Positions 13,495 through 28,000 of a stretch of DNA of 64,000 bases are shown here, one piece after another (position 1 is the stretch's first letter; each line of letters begins with the position of its first letter). The DNA lies in contig OZ024741.1 of NCBI GenBank assembly GCA_964016885.1, forward strand, positions 72,168,001 to 72,232,000, given 5' to 3'. The notes below the pieces were generated by a model. That model searched no databases. It was not told the origin of the DNA and worked only from the letters and a program-made list of their open reading frames with translations. This DNA comes from Eledone cirrhosa. Taxonomy: Eukaryota. Made by a program: the position numbers and the translations under genes.

Positions 13495-16400
13495 GACAGT
13501 GTTTTTATGGTGGTGTTGTTGGGTCTTGATTGACTCGAAGAGACAGTGTTTTTATGGTGGTGTTGTAGTGTCTTGATTGACTGGGAGAGGCAGTGTTTTT
13601 ATGGTGGTGTTGTAGTTGCTTGATTGACTGGGAGAGACAGTGTTTTTATGGTGGTGTTGTAGTGTCTTGATTGACTGGGAGAGACACTGTTTTTATGGTG
13701 GTGTTGTAGTTTCTTGATTGACTGGGAGAGACAGTGTTTTTATGGTGGTGTTGTAGTTTCTTGATTGACTGTGAGAGAGTGTTTTTATGGTGGTGTTGTA
13801 GTGTCTTGATTGACTGGGAGAGAGTGTTTTTATGGTGGTGTTGTAGTGTCTTGATTGACTGGGAGAGACACTATTTTTATGGTGGTGTTGTAGTTTCTTG
13901 ATTGACTGGGAGAGAGTGTTTTTATGGTGGTGTTGTAGTGTCTTGATTGACTGGGAAGGCAGTGTTTTTATGGTGGTCTGGTAGTGACTTGATTGACTGG
14001 GAGAGACAGTGTTTTTATGGTGGTGTTGTTTTGTCTTGATTGACTGCTAGAGACAGTGTTTTTATTGTGGTGTTGTAGTGTCTTGATTGACTCGAAGAGA
14101 CAGTGTTTTTATGGTGGTGTTGTTGTGTCTTGATTTACTGGGAGAGGCAGTGTTTTTATGGCGGTGTTGTAATTTCTTGATTGACTGGGAGAGACAGTGT
14201 TTTTATGGTGGTGTTGTAGTGTCTCGATTGACTGGGAGAGGCAGTGTTTTTATGGTGGTTTTGTAGTTGCTTGATTGACTGGGAGAGACAGTGTTTTTAT
14301 GGAGGTGTTGTAGTGTCTTGATTGACTGGGAGAGACACTGTTTTTATGGTGGTGTTGTAGTTTCTTGATTGACTGGGAGAGACAGTGTTTTTATGGTGGT
14401 GTTGTAGTTTCTTGATGGACTGGGAGAGACAGTGTTTTTATGGTGGTGGTGTAGAGTCTTGATTGACTGGGAGAGAGTGTTTTTATGGTGGTGTTGTAGA
14501 GTATTGATTGACTGGGAGAGACAGTGTTTTTATGGTGGTGTTGTAGTGTCTTGATTGACTGGGAGAGACAGTGTTTTTATGGTGGTGTTGTAGTTTCTTG
14601 ATTGACTGGGAGAGACAGTGTTTTTATGGTGGTGTTGTAGTGTCTTGATCGACTGGAAGAGGCAGTGTTTTTATGGTGGTGTTGTAGTGTCCTGATTGAC
14701 TGGGAGAGACAGTGTTTTTATGGTGGCATTGTAGTGTCTTGATTGATTGGGAGAGAGAGTTTTTTATGGTGGTGTTGTCGTGACTTGATTGACTGAGAGA
14801 GACAGTGTTTTTATGGTGGTGTTGTTGTGTCTTGATTGACTGGGAGAGGCAGTGTTTTTATGGTGGTGTTGTAGTTGCTTGATTGACTGGGAGAGACAGT
14901 GTTTTTATGGTGGTGTTGTAGTGTCTTGATTGACTGGGAGAGACACTGTTTTTATGGTGGTGTTGTAGTTTCTTGATTGACTGGGAGAGACAGTGTTTTT
15001 ATGGTGGTGTTGTAGTTTCTTGATTGACTGTGAGAGAGTGTTTTTATGGTGGTGTTGTAGTGTCTTGATTGACTGGGAGAGGCAGTGTTTTTATGGTGGT
15101 GTTGTAGTTGCTTGATTGACTGGGAGAGACAGTGTTTTTATGGTGGTGTTGTAGTGTCTTGATTGACTGGGAGAGACACTGTTTTTATGGTGGTGTTGTA
15201 GTTTCTTGATTGACTGGGAGAGACACTGTTTTTATGGTGGTGTTGTAGTGTCTTGATTGACTGGGAGAGGCAGTGTTTTTATGGTGGTGTTGTAGTTGCT
15301 TGATTGACTGGGAGAGACAGTGTTTTTATGGTGGTGTTGTTGTGTCTTGATTGACTGGTAGAGACAGTGTTTTTATTGTGGTGTTGTAGTGTCTTGATTG
15401 ACTCGAAGAGACAGTGTTTTTATGGTGGTGTTGTAGTGTCTTGATTTACTGGGAGAGGCAGTATTTTTATGGCGGTGTTGTAGCTTCTTGATTGACTGGG
15501 AGAGGCAGTGTTTTTATGCTGGTGTTGTAGACTCTTGATTGACTGGGAGAGAGTGTCTTTATGGTGGTATTGTAGTGACTTGATTGACTGGGAGAGACAG
15601 TGTTTTTATGGTGGTGTTGTAGTGTCTTAATTGAATGGGAGAGTGTGTTTTTATGGTGGTTTTGTAGTGTCTTGATTGACTGGGAGAGACAGTGTTTTTA
15701 TGGTGGTGTTGTTGTGTCTTGATTGACTGGTAGAGACAGTGTTTTTATTGTGGTGTTGTAGTGTCTTGATTGACTCGAAGAGACAGTGTTTTTATGGTGG
15801 TGTTGTAGTGTCTTGATTTACTGGGAGAGACAGTATTTTTATGGCGGTGTTGTAGCTTCTTGATTGACTGGGAGAGGCAGTGTTTTTATGTTGGTGTTGT
15901 AGACTCTTGATTGACTGGGAGAGAGTGTCTTTATGGTGGTATTGTAGTGACTTGATTGACTGGGAGAGACAGTGTTTTTATGGTGGTGTTGTAGTGTCTT
16001 AATTGAATGGGAGAGTGTGTTTTTGTGGTGGTTTTGTAGTGTCTTGATTGACTGGGAGAGAGTGTTTTTATGGTGGTGTTGGAGTGTCTTGATTGACTCG
16101 GAGAGAGAGTTTTTGTATGGTGGTGTTGTATTGACTTGATTGACTGGGAGAGACAGTGTTTTTATGGTGGTGTTGTAGTGTCTTGATTGACTGGGAGAGA
16201 CAGTGTTTTTATGGTGGTGTTGTTGTGTCTTGATTGACTCGAAGAGACAGTGTTTTTATGCTGGTGTTGTAGTGTCCTGATTTACTGGGAGAGACAGTGT
16301 TTTTATGGTGGTGTTGTTGGGTCTTGATTGACTCGAAGAGACAGTGTTTTTATGGTGGTGTTGTAGTGTCTTGATTGACTGGGAGAGGCAGTGTTTTTAT

Positions 16401-19090
16401 GGTGGTGTTGTAGTTGCTTGATTGACTGGGAGAGACAGTGTTTTTATGGTGGTGTTGTAGTGTCTTGATTGACTGGGAGAGACACTGTTTTTATGGTGGT
16501 GTTGTAGTTTCTTGATTGACTGGGAGAGACAGTGTTTTTATGGTGGTGTTGTAGTTTCTTGATTGACTGTGAGAGAGTGTTTTTATGGTGGTGTTGTAGT
16601 GTCTTGATTGACTGGGAGAGAGTGTTTTTATGGTGGTGTTGTAGTGTCTTGATTGACTGGGAGAGACACTATTTTTATGGTGGTGTTGTAGTTTCTTGAT
16701 TGACTGGGAGAGAGTGTTTTTATGGTGGTGTTGTAGTGTCTTGATTGACTGGGAAGGCAGTGTTTTTATGGTGGTCTGGTAGTGACTTGATTGACTGGGA
16801 GAGACAGTGTTTTTATGGTGGTGTTGTTTTGTCTTGATTGACTGCTAGAGACAGTGTTTTTATTGTGGTGTTGTAGTGTCTTGATTGACTCGAAGAGACA
16901 GGGTTTTTATGGTGGTGTTGTTGTGTCTTGATTTACTGGGAGAGGCAGTGTTTTTATGGCGGTGTTGTAATTTCTTGATTGACTGGGAGAGACAGTGTTT
17001 TTATGGTGGTGTTGTAGTGTCTCGATTGACTGGGAGAGGCAGTGTTTTTATGGTGGTTTTGTAGTTGCTTGATTGACTGGGAGAGACAGTGTTTTTATGG
17101 AGGTGTTGTAGTGTCTTGATTGACTGGGAGAGACACTGTTTTTATGGTGGTGTTGTAGTTTCTTGATTGACTGGGAGAGACAGTGTTTTTATGGTGGTGT
17201 TGTAGTTTCTTGATGGACTGGGAGAGACAGTGTTTTTATGGTGGTGGTGTAGAGTCTTGATTGACTGGGAGAGAGTGTTTTTATGGTGGTGTTGTAGAGT
17301 ATTGATTGACTGGGAGAGACAGTGTTTTTATGGTGGTGTTGTAGTGTCTTGATTGACTGGGAGAGACAGTGTTTTTATGGTGGTGTTGTAGTTTCTTGAT
17401 TGACTGGGAGAGACAGTGTTTTTATGGTGGTGTTGTAGTGTCTTGATCGACTGGAAGAGGCAGTGTTTTTATGGTGGTGTTGTAGTGTCCTGATTGACTG
17501 GGAGAGACAGTGTTTTTATGGTGGCATTGTAGTGTCTTGATTGATTGGGAGAGAGAGTTTTTTATGGTGGTGTTGTCGTGACTTGATTGACTGAGAGAGA
17601 CAGTGTTTTTATGGTGGTGTTGTTGTGTCTTGATTGACTGGGAGAGGCAGTGTTTTTATGGTGGTGTTGTAGTTGCTTGATTGACTGGGAGAGACAGTGT
17701 TTTTATGGTGGTGTTGTAGTGTCTTGATTGACTGGGAGAGACACTGTTTTTATGGTGGTGTTGTAGTTTCTTGATTGACTGGGAGAGACAGTGTTTTTAT
17801 GGTGGTGTTGTAGTTTCTTGATTGACTGTGAGAGAGTGTTTTTATGGTGGTGTTGTAGTGTCTTGATTGACTGGGAGAGGCAGTGTTTTTATGGTGGTGT
17901 TGTAGTTGCTTGATTGACTGGGAGAGACAGTGTTTTTATGGTGGTGTTGTAGTGTCTTGATTGACTGGGAGAGACACTGTTTTTATGGTGGTGTTGTAGT
18001 TTCTTGATTGACTGGGAGAGACACTGTTTTTATGGTGGTGTTGTAGTGTCTTGATTGACTGGGAGAGGCAGTGTTTTTATGGTGGTGTTGTAGTTGCTTG
18101 ATTGACTGGGAGAGACAGTGTTTTTATGGTGGTGTTGTTGTGTCTTGATTGACTGGTAGAGACAGTGTTTTTATTGTGGTGTTGTAGTGTCTTGATTGAC
18201 TCGAAGAGACAGTGTTTTTATGGTGGTGTTGTAGTGTCTTGATTTACTGGGAGAGGCAGTATTTTTATGGCGGTGTTGTAGCTTCTTGATTGACTGGGAG
18301 AGGCAGTGTTTTTATGCTGGTGTTGTAGACTCTTGATTGACTGGGAGAGAGTGTCTTTATGGTGGTATTGTAGTGACTTGATTGACTGGGAGAGACAGTG
18401 TTTTTATGGTGGTGTTGTAGTGTCTTAATTGAATGGGAGAGTGTGTTTTTATGGTGGTTTTGTAGTGTCTTGATTGACTGGGAGAGACAGTGTTTTTATG
18501 GTGGTGTTGTTGTGTCTTGATTGACTGGTAGAGACAGTGTTTTTATTGTGGTGTTGTAGTGTCTTGATTGACTCGAAGAGACAGTGTTTTTATGGTGGTG
18601 TTGTAGTGTCTTGATTTACTGGGAGAGGCAGTATTTTTATGGCGGTGTTGTAGCTTCTTGATTGACTGGGAGAGGCAGTGTTTTTATGTTGGTGTTGTAG
18701 ACTCTTGATTGACTGGGAGAGAGTGTCTTTATGGTGGTATTGTAGTGACTTGATTGACTGGGAGAGACAGTGTTTTTATGGTGGTGTTGTAGTGTCTTAA
18801 TTGAATGGGAGAGTGTGTTTTTGTGGTGGTTTTGTAGTGTCTTGATTGACTGGGAGAGAGTGTTTTTATGGTGGTGTTGGAGTGTCTTGATTGACTCGGA
18901 GAGAGAGTTTTTGTATGGTGGTGTTGTATTGACTTGATTGACTGGGAGAGACAGTGTTTTTATGGTGGTGTTGTAGTGTCTTGATTGACTGGGAGAGACA
19001 GTGTTTTTATGGTGGTGTTGTTGTGTCTTGATTGACTCGAAGAGACAGTGTTTTTATGCTGGTGTTGTAGTGTCCTGATTTACTGGGAGA
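13495..19090 (+). repeat. Higher-order tandem duplication, period 2798 bp
   Basis: GGGTC 13521/16319, GTGAGAG 13771/16569, TGACTGCTAG 14041/16839, GATCGACTGGAA 14647/17445, TTTTGTGG 16021/18819. Confidence 0.95.
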
Positions 19091-22000
19091 GGCAGTGTTT
19101 TTATGGCGGTGTTGTAGTTTCTTGATTGACTGGGAGAGACAGTGTTTTTATGGTGGTGTTGTAGTGTCTTGATTGACTGGGAGAGACAGTGTTTTTATGG
19201 TGGTGTTGTAGTTTCTTGATTGACTGGGAGAGACAGTGTTTTTATGGTGGTGTTGTAGTGTCTTGATCGACTGGAAGAGGCAGTGTTTTTATGGTGGTGC
19301 TGTAGTGTCCTGATTGACTGGGAGAGACAGTGTTTTTATGGTGGCATTGTAGTGTCTTGATTGATTGGGAGAGAGAGTTTTTAAGGTGGTGTTTTAGTGT
19401 CTTGATTGACTGGGAGAGAGTTTTTTATGGTGGTGTTGTCGTGACTTGATTGACTGAGAGAGACAGTGTTTTTATGGTGGTGTTGTTGTGTCTTGATTGA
19501 CTGGGAGAGGCAGTGTTTTTATGGTTGTGTTGTAGTGTCTTGATTGACTGGGAGAGGCAGTGTTTTTATGGTGGTGTTGTAGTGTCTTGATTGATTGGGG
19601 GAGAGAGTTTTTTATGGTGGTGTTTTAGTGTCTTGATTGACTGGGAGAGAGTTTTTTATGGTGGTGTTGTTGTGTTTTGATTGACTGGTAGAGGCAGTGT
19701 TTGTATGGTGGTGTTGTAGTGTCTTGATTGACTGGGAGAGGCAGTTTTTTTATGGTGGTGTTGTAGTGTCTTGATTGACTGGGAGAGACACTGTTTTTAT
19801 GGTGGTGTTGTAGTTTCTTGATTGACTGGGAGAGACACTGTTTTTATGGTGGTGTTGTAGTTTCTTGATTGACTGGGAGAGAGTGTTTCTATGGTGGTGT
19901 TGTAGTGTCTTGATTGACTGGGAGAGACAGTGTTTTTATGGTGGTGTTGTAGTGACTATATTGAATGGGAGAGTGTGTTTTTATGGTGGTTTTGTAGTGT
20001 CTTGATTGACTGGGAGACACAGTGTTTTTATGGTGGTGTTGTTGTGTCTTGATTGACTGGTAGAGACAGTGTTTTTATTGTGGTGTTGTAGTGTCTTGAT
20101 TGACTCGAAGAGACAGTGTTTTTATGGTGGTGTTGTAGTGTCTTGATTTACTGGGAGCGGCAGTGTTTTTATGGCGGTGTTGTAGTTTCTTCATTGACTG
20201 GGAGAGACAGTGTTTTTATGGTGGTTTTGTAGTGTCTTGATTGACTGGGAGAGAGTGTTTTTTTGGTGGTGTTGGAGTGTCTTGATTGACTCGGAGAGAG
20301 AGTTTTTGTATGGTGGTGTTGTATTGACTTGATTGACTGGGAGAGACAGTGTTTTTATGGTGGTGTTGTAGTGTCTTGATTGACTGGGAGAGACAGTGTT
20401 TTTATGGTGGTGTTGTAGTGTCCTGATTTACTGGGAGAGGCAGTGTTTTTATGGCGGTGTTGTAGTTTCTTGATTGACTGGGAGAGACAGTGTTTTTATG
20501 GTGGTGTTGTAGTGTCTTGATTGACTGGGAGAGGCAGTGTTTTTATGGTGGTGTTGTAGTTGCTTGATTGACTGGGAGAGACAGTGTTTTTATGGTGGTG
20601 TTGTTGTGTCTTGATTTACTGGGAGAGGCAGTGTTTTTATGGTGGTGCTGTAGTGTCTCGATTGACTGGGAGAGGCAGTGTTTTTATGGTGGTGTTGTAG
20701 TTGCTTGATTGACTGGGAGAGACAGTGTTTTTATGGTGGTGTTGTAGTTTCTTGATTGACTGGGAGAGACAGTGTTTTTATGGTGGTGTTGTAGTTTCTT
20801 GATTGACTGGGAGAGACAGTGTTTTTATGGTGGTGTTGTAGCTGCTTGATTGACTGGGAGAGACAGTGTTTTTATGGTGGTGTTGTAGTGTCTTGATTGA
20901 CTGGGAGAGACACTGTTTTTATGGTGGTGTTGTAGTTTCTTGATTGACTGGGAGAGACAGTGTTTTTATGGTGGTGTTGTAGTTTCTTGATTGACTGGGA
21001 GAGGCAGTGTTTTTATGGTGGTGTTGTAGTTGCTTGATTGACTGGGAGAGACAGTGTTTTTATGGTGGTGTTGTAGTGTCTTGATTGACTGGTAGAGACA
21101 GTGTTTTTATTGTGGTGTTGTAGTGTCTTGATTGACTCGAAGAGACAGTGTTTTTATGGAGGTGTTGTAGTGTCTTGATTTACTGGGAGAGGCAGTATTT
21201 TTATGGCGATGTTGTAGCTTCTTGATTGACTGGGAGAGACAGTGTTTTTATGGTGGTGTTGTAGTGTCTTAATGGAATGGGACAGTGTGTTTTTATGGTG
21301 GTTTTGTAGTGTCTTGATTGACTGGGAGAGAGTGTTTTTATGGTGGTGTTGGAGTGTCTTGATTGACTCGGAGAGAGAGTTTTTGTATGGTGGTGTTGTA
21401 TTGACTTGATTGACTGGGAGAGACAGTGTTTTTATGGTGGTGTTGCAGTGTCTTGATTGACTGGGAGAGACAGTGTTTTTATGGTGGTGTTGTTGTGTCT
21501 TGATTGACTCGAAGAGACAGTGTTTTTATGGTGGTGTTGTAGTGTCCTGATTTACTGGGAGAGGCAGTGTTTTTATGGTGGTGTTGTAGTTGTTTGATTG
21601 ACTGGGAGAGACAATGTTTTTATGGTGGTGTTGTAGTGTCTTGATTGACTGGGAGAGACACTGTTTTTATGGTGGTGTTGTAGTTTCTTGATTGACTGGG
21701 AGAGACAGTGTTTTTATGGTGGTGTTGTAGTTTCTTGATTGACTGGGAGAGACAGTGTTTTTATGGTGGTGTTGTAGTTTCTTGATTGACTGGGAGAGAC
21801 AGTGTTTTTATGGTGGTGTTGTAGTTTCTTGATTGACTGGGAGAGACAGTGTTTTTATGGTAGTGTTGTAGTTTCTTGATTGACTGGGAGAGACAGTGTT
21901 TTTATGGTGGTGTTGTAGTTTCTTGATTGACTGGCAGAGATTGTTTTTATGGTGGTGTTGTAGTGTCTTGATTGACTGGGAGAGACAGTGTTTTTATGGT

Positions 22001-25000
22001 GGTGTTGTAGTGACTTGATTGACTGGGAGAGACAGTGTTTTTATGGTGGTGTTGTTGTGTCTTGATTGACTGGGAGAGACAGTGTTTTTATGGTGGTGTT
22101 GTTTTGTCTTGATTTACTGGTAGAGACAGTGTTTTTATTGTGGTGTTGTTGTGTCTTGATTGACTGGGAGAGGCAGTGTTTTTATGGCGGTGTTGTAATT
22201 TCTTGATTGACTGGGAGAGACAGTGTTTTTATGGTGGTGTTGTAGTGTCTTGATTGACTGGGAGAGGCAGTGTTTTTATGGTGGTGTTGTAGTTGCTTGA
22301 TTGACTGGGAGAGACAGTGTTTTTATGGTGGTGTTGTAGTGTCTTGATTGACTGGGAGAGACACTGTTTTTATGGTGGTGTTGTAGTTTCTTGATTGACT
22401 GGGAGAGACACTGTTTTTATGGTGGTGTTGTAGTTTCTTGATTGACTGGGAGAGAGTGTTTTTATGGTGGTGTTGTAGTGTCTTGATTGACTGGGAGAGA
22501 CACTGTTTTTATGGTGGTGTTGTAGTTTCTTGATTGACTGGGAGAGACACTGTTTTTATGGTGGTGTTGTAGAGTCTTGATTGACTGGGAGAGAGTGTTT
22601 TTATGGTGGTGTTGTAGTGACTTGATTGACTGGGAGAGACAGTGTTTTTATGGTGGTGTTGTTGTGTCTTGATTGACTGGGAGAGACAGTGTTTTTATGG
22701 TGGTGTTGTTTTGTCTTGATTTACTGGTAGAGACAGTGTTTTTATTGTGGTGTTGTTGTGTCTTGATTGACTGGGAGAGGCAGTGTTTTTATGGCGGTGT
22801 TGTAATTTCTTGATTGACTGGGAGAGACAGTGTTTTTATGGTGGTGTTGTAGTGTCTTGATTGACTTGGAGAGGCAGTGTTTTTATGGTGGTGTTGTAGT
22901 TGCTTGATTGACTGGGAGAGACAGTGTTTTTATGGTGGTGTTGTAGTGTCTTGATTGACAGGGAGAGACAGTGTTTTTATGGTGGTGTTGTAGTGACTCT
23001 ATTGACTGGGAGAGACAGTGTTTTTATGGTGGTGTTGTAGTGTCTTGATTGACTGGAAGAGACAGTGTTTTTATGGTGGTGTTGTTGTGTCTTGATTGAC
23101 TCGAAGAGACAGTGTTTTTATGGTGGTGTTGTAGTGTCCTGATTTACTGGGAGAGGCAGTGTTTTTATGGCGGTGTTGTAGTTTCTTGATTGACTGGGAG
23201 AGACAGTGTTTTTATGGTGGTGTTGTAGTGTCTTGATCGACTGGAAGAGGCAGTGTTTTTATGGTGGTGTTGTAGTGTCCTGATTGACTGGGAGAGACAG
23301 TGTTTTTATGGTGGCATTGTAGTGTCTTGATTGATTGGGAGAGAGAGTTTTTTATGGTGGTGTTGTCGTGACTTGATTGACTGAGAGAGACAGTGTTTTT
23401 ATGGTGGTGTTGTTGTGTCTTGATTGACTGGGAGAGGCAGTGTTTTTATGGTGGTGTTGTAGTTGCTTGATTGACTGGGAGAGACAGTGTTTTTATGGTG
23501 GTGTTGTAGTGTCTTGATTGACTGGGAGAGACACTGTTTTTATGGTGGTGTTGTAGTTTCTTGATTGACTGGGAGAGACAGTGTTTTTATGGTGGTGTTG
23601 TAGTTTCTTGATTGACTGTGAGAGAGTGTTTTTATGGTGGTGTTGTAGTGTCTTGATTGACTGGGAGAGGCAGTGTTTTTATGGTGGTGTTGTAGTTGCT
23701 TGATTGACTGGGAGAGACAGTGTTTTTATGGTGGTGTTGTAGTGTCTTGATTGACTGGGAGAGACACTGTTTTTATGGTGGTGTTGTAGTTTCTTGATTG
23801 ACTGGGAGAGACACTGTTTTTATGGTGGTGTTGTAGTGTCTTGATTGACTGGGAGAGGCAGTGTTTTTATGGTGGTGTTGTAGTTGCTTGATTGACTGGG
23901 AGAGACAGTGTTTTTATGGTGGTGTTGTTGTGTCTTGATTGACTGGTAGAGACAGTGTTTTTATTGTGGTGTTGTAGTGTCTTGATTGACTCGAAGAGAC
24001 AGTGTTTTTATGGTGGTGTTGTAGTGTCTTGATTTACTGGGAGAGGCAGTATTTTTATGGCGGTGTTGTAGCTTCTTGATTGACTGGGAGAGGCAGTGTT
24101 TTTATGCTGGTGTTGTAGACTCTTGATTGACTGGGAGAGAGTGTCTTTATGGTGGTATTGTAGTGACTTGATTGACTGGGAGAGACAGTGTTTTTATGGT
24201 GGTGTTGTAGTGTCTTAATTGAATGGGAGAGTGTGTTTTTATGGTGGTTTTGTAGTGTCTTGATTGACTGGGAGAGACAGTGTTTTTATGGTGGTGTTGT
24301 TGTGTCTTGATTGACTGGTAGAGACAGTGTTTTTATTGTGGTGTTGTAGTGTCTTGATTGACTCGAAGAGACAGTGTTTTTATGGTGGTGTTGTAGTGTC
24401 TTGATTTACTGGGAGAGGCAGTATTTTTATGGCGGTGTTGTAGCTTCTTGATTGACTGGGAGAGGCAGTGTTTTTATGTTGGTGTTGTAGACTCTTGATT
24501 GACTGGGAGAGAGTGTCTTTATGGTGGTATTGTAGTGACTTGATTGACTGGGAGAGACAGTGTTTTTATGGTGGTGTTGTAGTGTCTTAATTGAATGGGA
24601 GAGTGTGTTTTTGTGGTGGTTTTGTAGTGTCTTGATTGACTGGGAGAGAGTGTTTTTATGGTGGTGTTGGAGTGTCTTGATTGACTCGGAGAGAGAGTTT
24701 TTGTATGGTGGTGTTGTATTGACTTGATTGACTGGGAGAGACAGTGTTTTTATGGTGGTGTTGTAGTGTCTTGATTGACTGGGAGAGACAGTGTTTTTAT
24801 GGTGGTGTTGTTGTGTCTTGATTGACTCGAAGAGACAGTGTTTTTATGCTGGTGTTGTAGTGTCCTGATTTACTGGGAGAGGCAGTGTTTTTATGGCGGT
24901 GTTGTAGTTTCTTGATTGACTGGGAGAGACAGTGTTTTTATGGTGGTGTTGTAGTGTCTTGATTGACTGGGAGAGACAGTGTTTTTATGGTGGTGTTGTA

Positions 25001-28000
25001 GTTTCTTGATTGACTGGGAGAGACAGTGTTTTTATGGTGGTGTTGTAGTGTCTTGATCGACTGGAAGAGGCAGTGTTTTTATGGTGGTGCTGTAGTGTCC
25101 TGATTGACTGGGAGAGACAGTGTTTTTATGGTGGCATTGTAGTGTCTTGATTGATTGGGAGAGAGAGTTTTTAAGGTGGTGTTTTAGTGTCTTGATTGAC
25201 TGGGAGAGAGTTTTTTATGGTGGTGTTGTCGTGACTTGATTGACTGAGAGAGACAGTGTTTTTATGGTGGTGTTGTTGTGTCTTGATTGACTGGGAGAGG
25301 CAGTGTTTTTATGGTTGTGTTGTAGTGTCTTGATTGACTGGGAGAGGCAGTGTTTTTATGGTGGTGTTGTAGTGTCTTGATTGATTGGGGGAGAGAGTTT
25401 TTTATGGTGGTGTTTTAGTGTCTTGATTGACTGGGAGAGAGTTTTTTATGGTGGTGTTGTTGTGTTTTGATTGACTGGTAGAGGCAGTGTTTGTATGGTG
25501 GTGTTGTAGTGTCTTGATTGACTGGGAGAGGCAGTTTTTTTATGGTGGTGTTGTAGTGTCTTGATTGACTGGGAGAGACACTGTTTTTATGGTGGTGTTG
25601 TAGTTTCTTGATTGACTGGGAGAGACACTGTTTTTATGGTGGTGTTGTAGTTTCTTGATTGACTGGGAGAGAGTGTTTCTATGGTGGTGTTGTAGTGTCT
25701 TGATTGACTGGGAGAGACAGTGTTTTTATGGTGGTGTTGTAGTGACTATATTGAATGGGAGAGTGTGTTTTTATGGTGGTTTTGTAGTGTCTTGATTGAC
25801 TGGGAGACACAGTGTTTTTATGGTGGTGTTGTTGTGTCTTGATTGACTGGTAGAGACAGTGTTTTTATTGTGGTGTTGTAGTGTCTTGATTGACTCGAAG
25901 AGACAGTGTTTTTATGGTGGTGTTGTAGTGTCTTGATTTACTGGGAGCGGCAGTGTTTTTATGGCGGTGTTGTAGTTTCTTCATTGACTGGGAGAGACAG
26001 TGTTTTTATGGTGGTTTTGTAGTGTCTTGATTGACTGGGAGAGAGTGTTTTTTTGGTGGTGTTGGAGTGTCTTGATTGACTCGGAGAGAGAGTTTTTGTA
26101 TGGTGGTGTTGTATTGACTTGATTGACTGGGAGAGACAGTGTTTTTATGGTGGTGTTGTAGTGTCTTGATTGACTGGGAGAGACAGTGTTTTTATGGTGG
26201 TGTTGTAGTGTCCTGATTTACTGGGAGAGGCAGTGTTTTTATGGCGGTGTTGTAGTTTCTTGATTGACTGGGAGAGACAGTGTTTTTATGGTGGTGTTGT
26301 AGTGTCTTGATTGACTGGGAGAGGCAGTGTTTTTATGGTGGTGTTGTAGTTGCTTGATTGACTGGGAGAGACAGTGTTTTTATGGTGGTGTTGTTGTGTC
26401 TTGATTTACTGGGAGAGGCAGTGTTTTTATGGTGGTGCTGTAGTGTCTCGATTGACTGGGAGAGGCAGTGTTTTTATGGTGGTGTTGTAGTTGCTTGATT
26501 GACTGGGAGAGACAGTGTTTTTATGGTGGTGTTGTAGTTTCTTGATTGACTGGGAGAGACAGTGTTTTTATGGTGGTGTTGTAGTTTCTTGATTGACTGG
26601 GAGAGACAGTGTTTTTATGGTGGTGTTGTAGCTGCTTGATTGACTGGGAGAGACAGTGTTTTTATGGTGGTGTTGTAGTGTCTTGATTGACTGGGAGAGA
26701 CACTGTTTTTATGGTGGTGTTGTAGTTTCTTGATTGACTGGGAGAGACAGTGTTTTTATGGTGGTGTTGTAGTTTCTTGATTGACTGGGAGAGGCAGTGT
26801 TTTTATGGTGGTGTTGTAGTTGCTTGATTGACTGGGAGAGACAGTGTTTTTATGGTGGTGTTGTAGTGTCTTGATTGACTGGTAGAGACAGTGTTTTTAT
26901 TGTGGTGTTGTAGTGTCTTGATTGACTCGAAGAGACAGTGTTTTTATGGAGGTGTTGTAGTGTCTTGATTTACTGGGAGAGGCAGTATTTTTATGGCGAT
27001 GTTGTAGCTTCTTGATTGACTGGGAGAGACAGTGTTTTTATGGTGGTGTTGTAGTGTCTTAATGGAATGGGACAGTGTGTTTTTATGGTGGTTTTGTAGT
27101 GTCTTGATTGACTGGGAGAGAGTGTTTTTATGGTGGTGTTGGAGTGTCTTGATTGACTCGGAGAGAGAGTTTTTGTATGGTGGTGTTGTATTGACTTGAT
27201 TGACTGGGAGAGACAGTGTTTTTATGGTGGTGTTGCAGTGTCTTGATTGACTGGGAGAGACAGTGTTTTTATGGTGGTGTTGTTGTGTCTTGATTGACTC
27301 GAAGAGACAGTGTTTTTATGGTGGTGTTGTAGTGTCCTGATTTACTGGGAGAGGCAGTGTTTTTATGGTGGTGTTGTAGTTGTTTGATTGACTGGGAGAG
27401 ACAATGTTTTTATGGTGGTGTTGTAGTGTCTTGATTGACTGGGAGAGACACTGTTTTTATGGTGGTGTTGTAGTTTCTTGATTGACTGGGAGAGACAGTG
27501 TTTTTATGGTGGTGTTGTAGTTTCTTGATTGACTGGGAGAGACAGTGTTTTTATGGTGGTGTTGTAGTTTCTTGATTGACTGGGAGAGACAGTGTTTTTA
27601 TGGTGGTGTTGTAGTTTCTTGATTGACTGGGAGAGACAGTGTTTTTATGGTAGTGTTGTAGTTTCTTGATTGACTGGGAGAGACAGTGTTTTTATGGTGG
27701 TGTTGTAGTTTCTTGATTGACTGGCAGAGATTGTTTTTATGGTGGTGTTGTAGTGTCTTGATTGACTGGGAGAGACAGTGTTTTTATGGTGGTGTTGTAG
27801 TGACTTGATTGACTGGGAGAGACAGTGTTTTTATGGTGGTGTTGTTGTGTCTTGATTGACTGGGAGAGACAGTGTTTTTATGGTGGTGTTGTTTTGTCTT
27901 GATTTACTGGTAGAGACAGTGTTTTTATTGTGGTGTTGTTGTGTCTTGATTGACTGGGAGAGGCAGTGTTTTTATGGCGGTGTTGTAATTTCTTGATTGA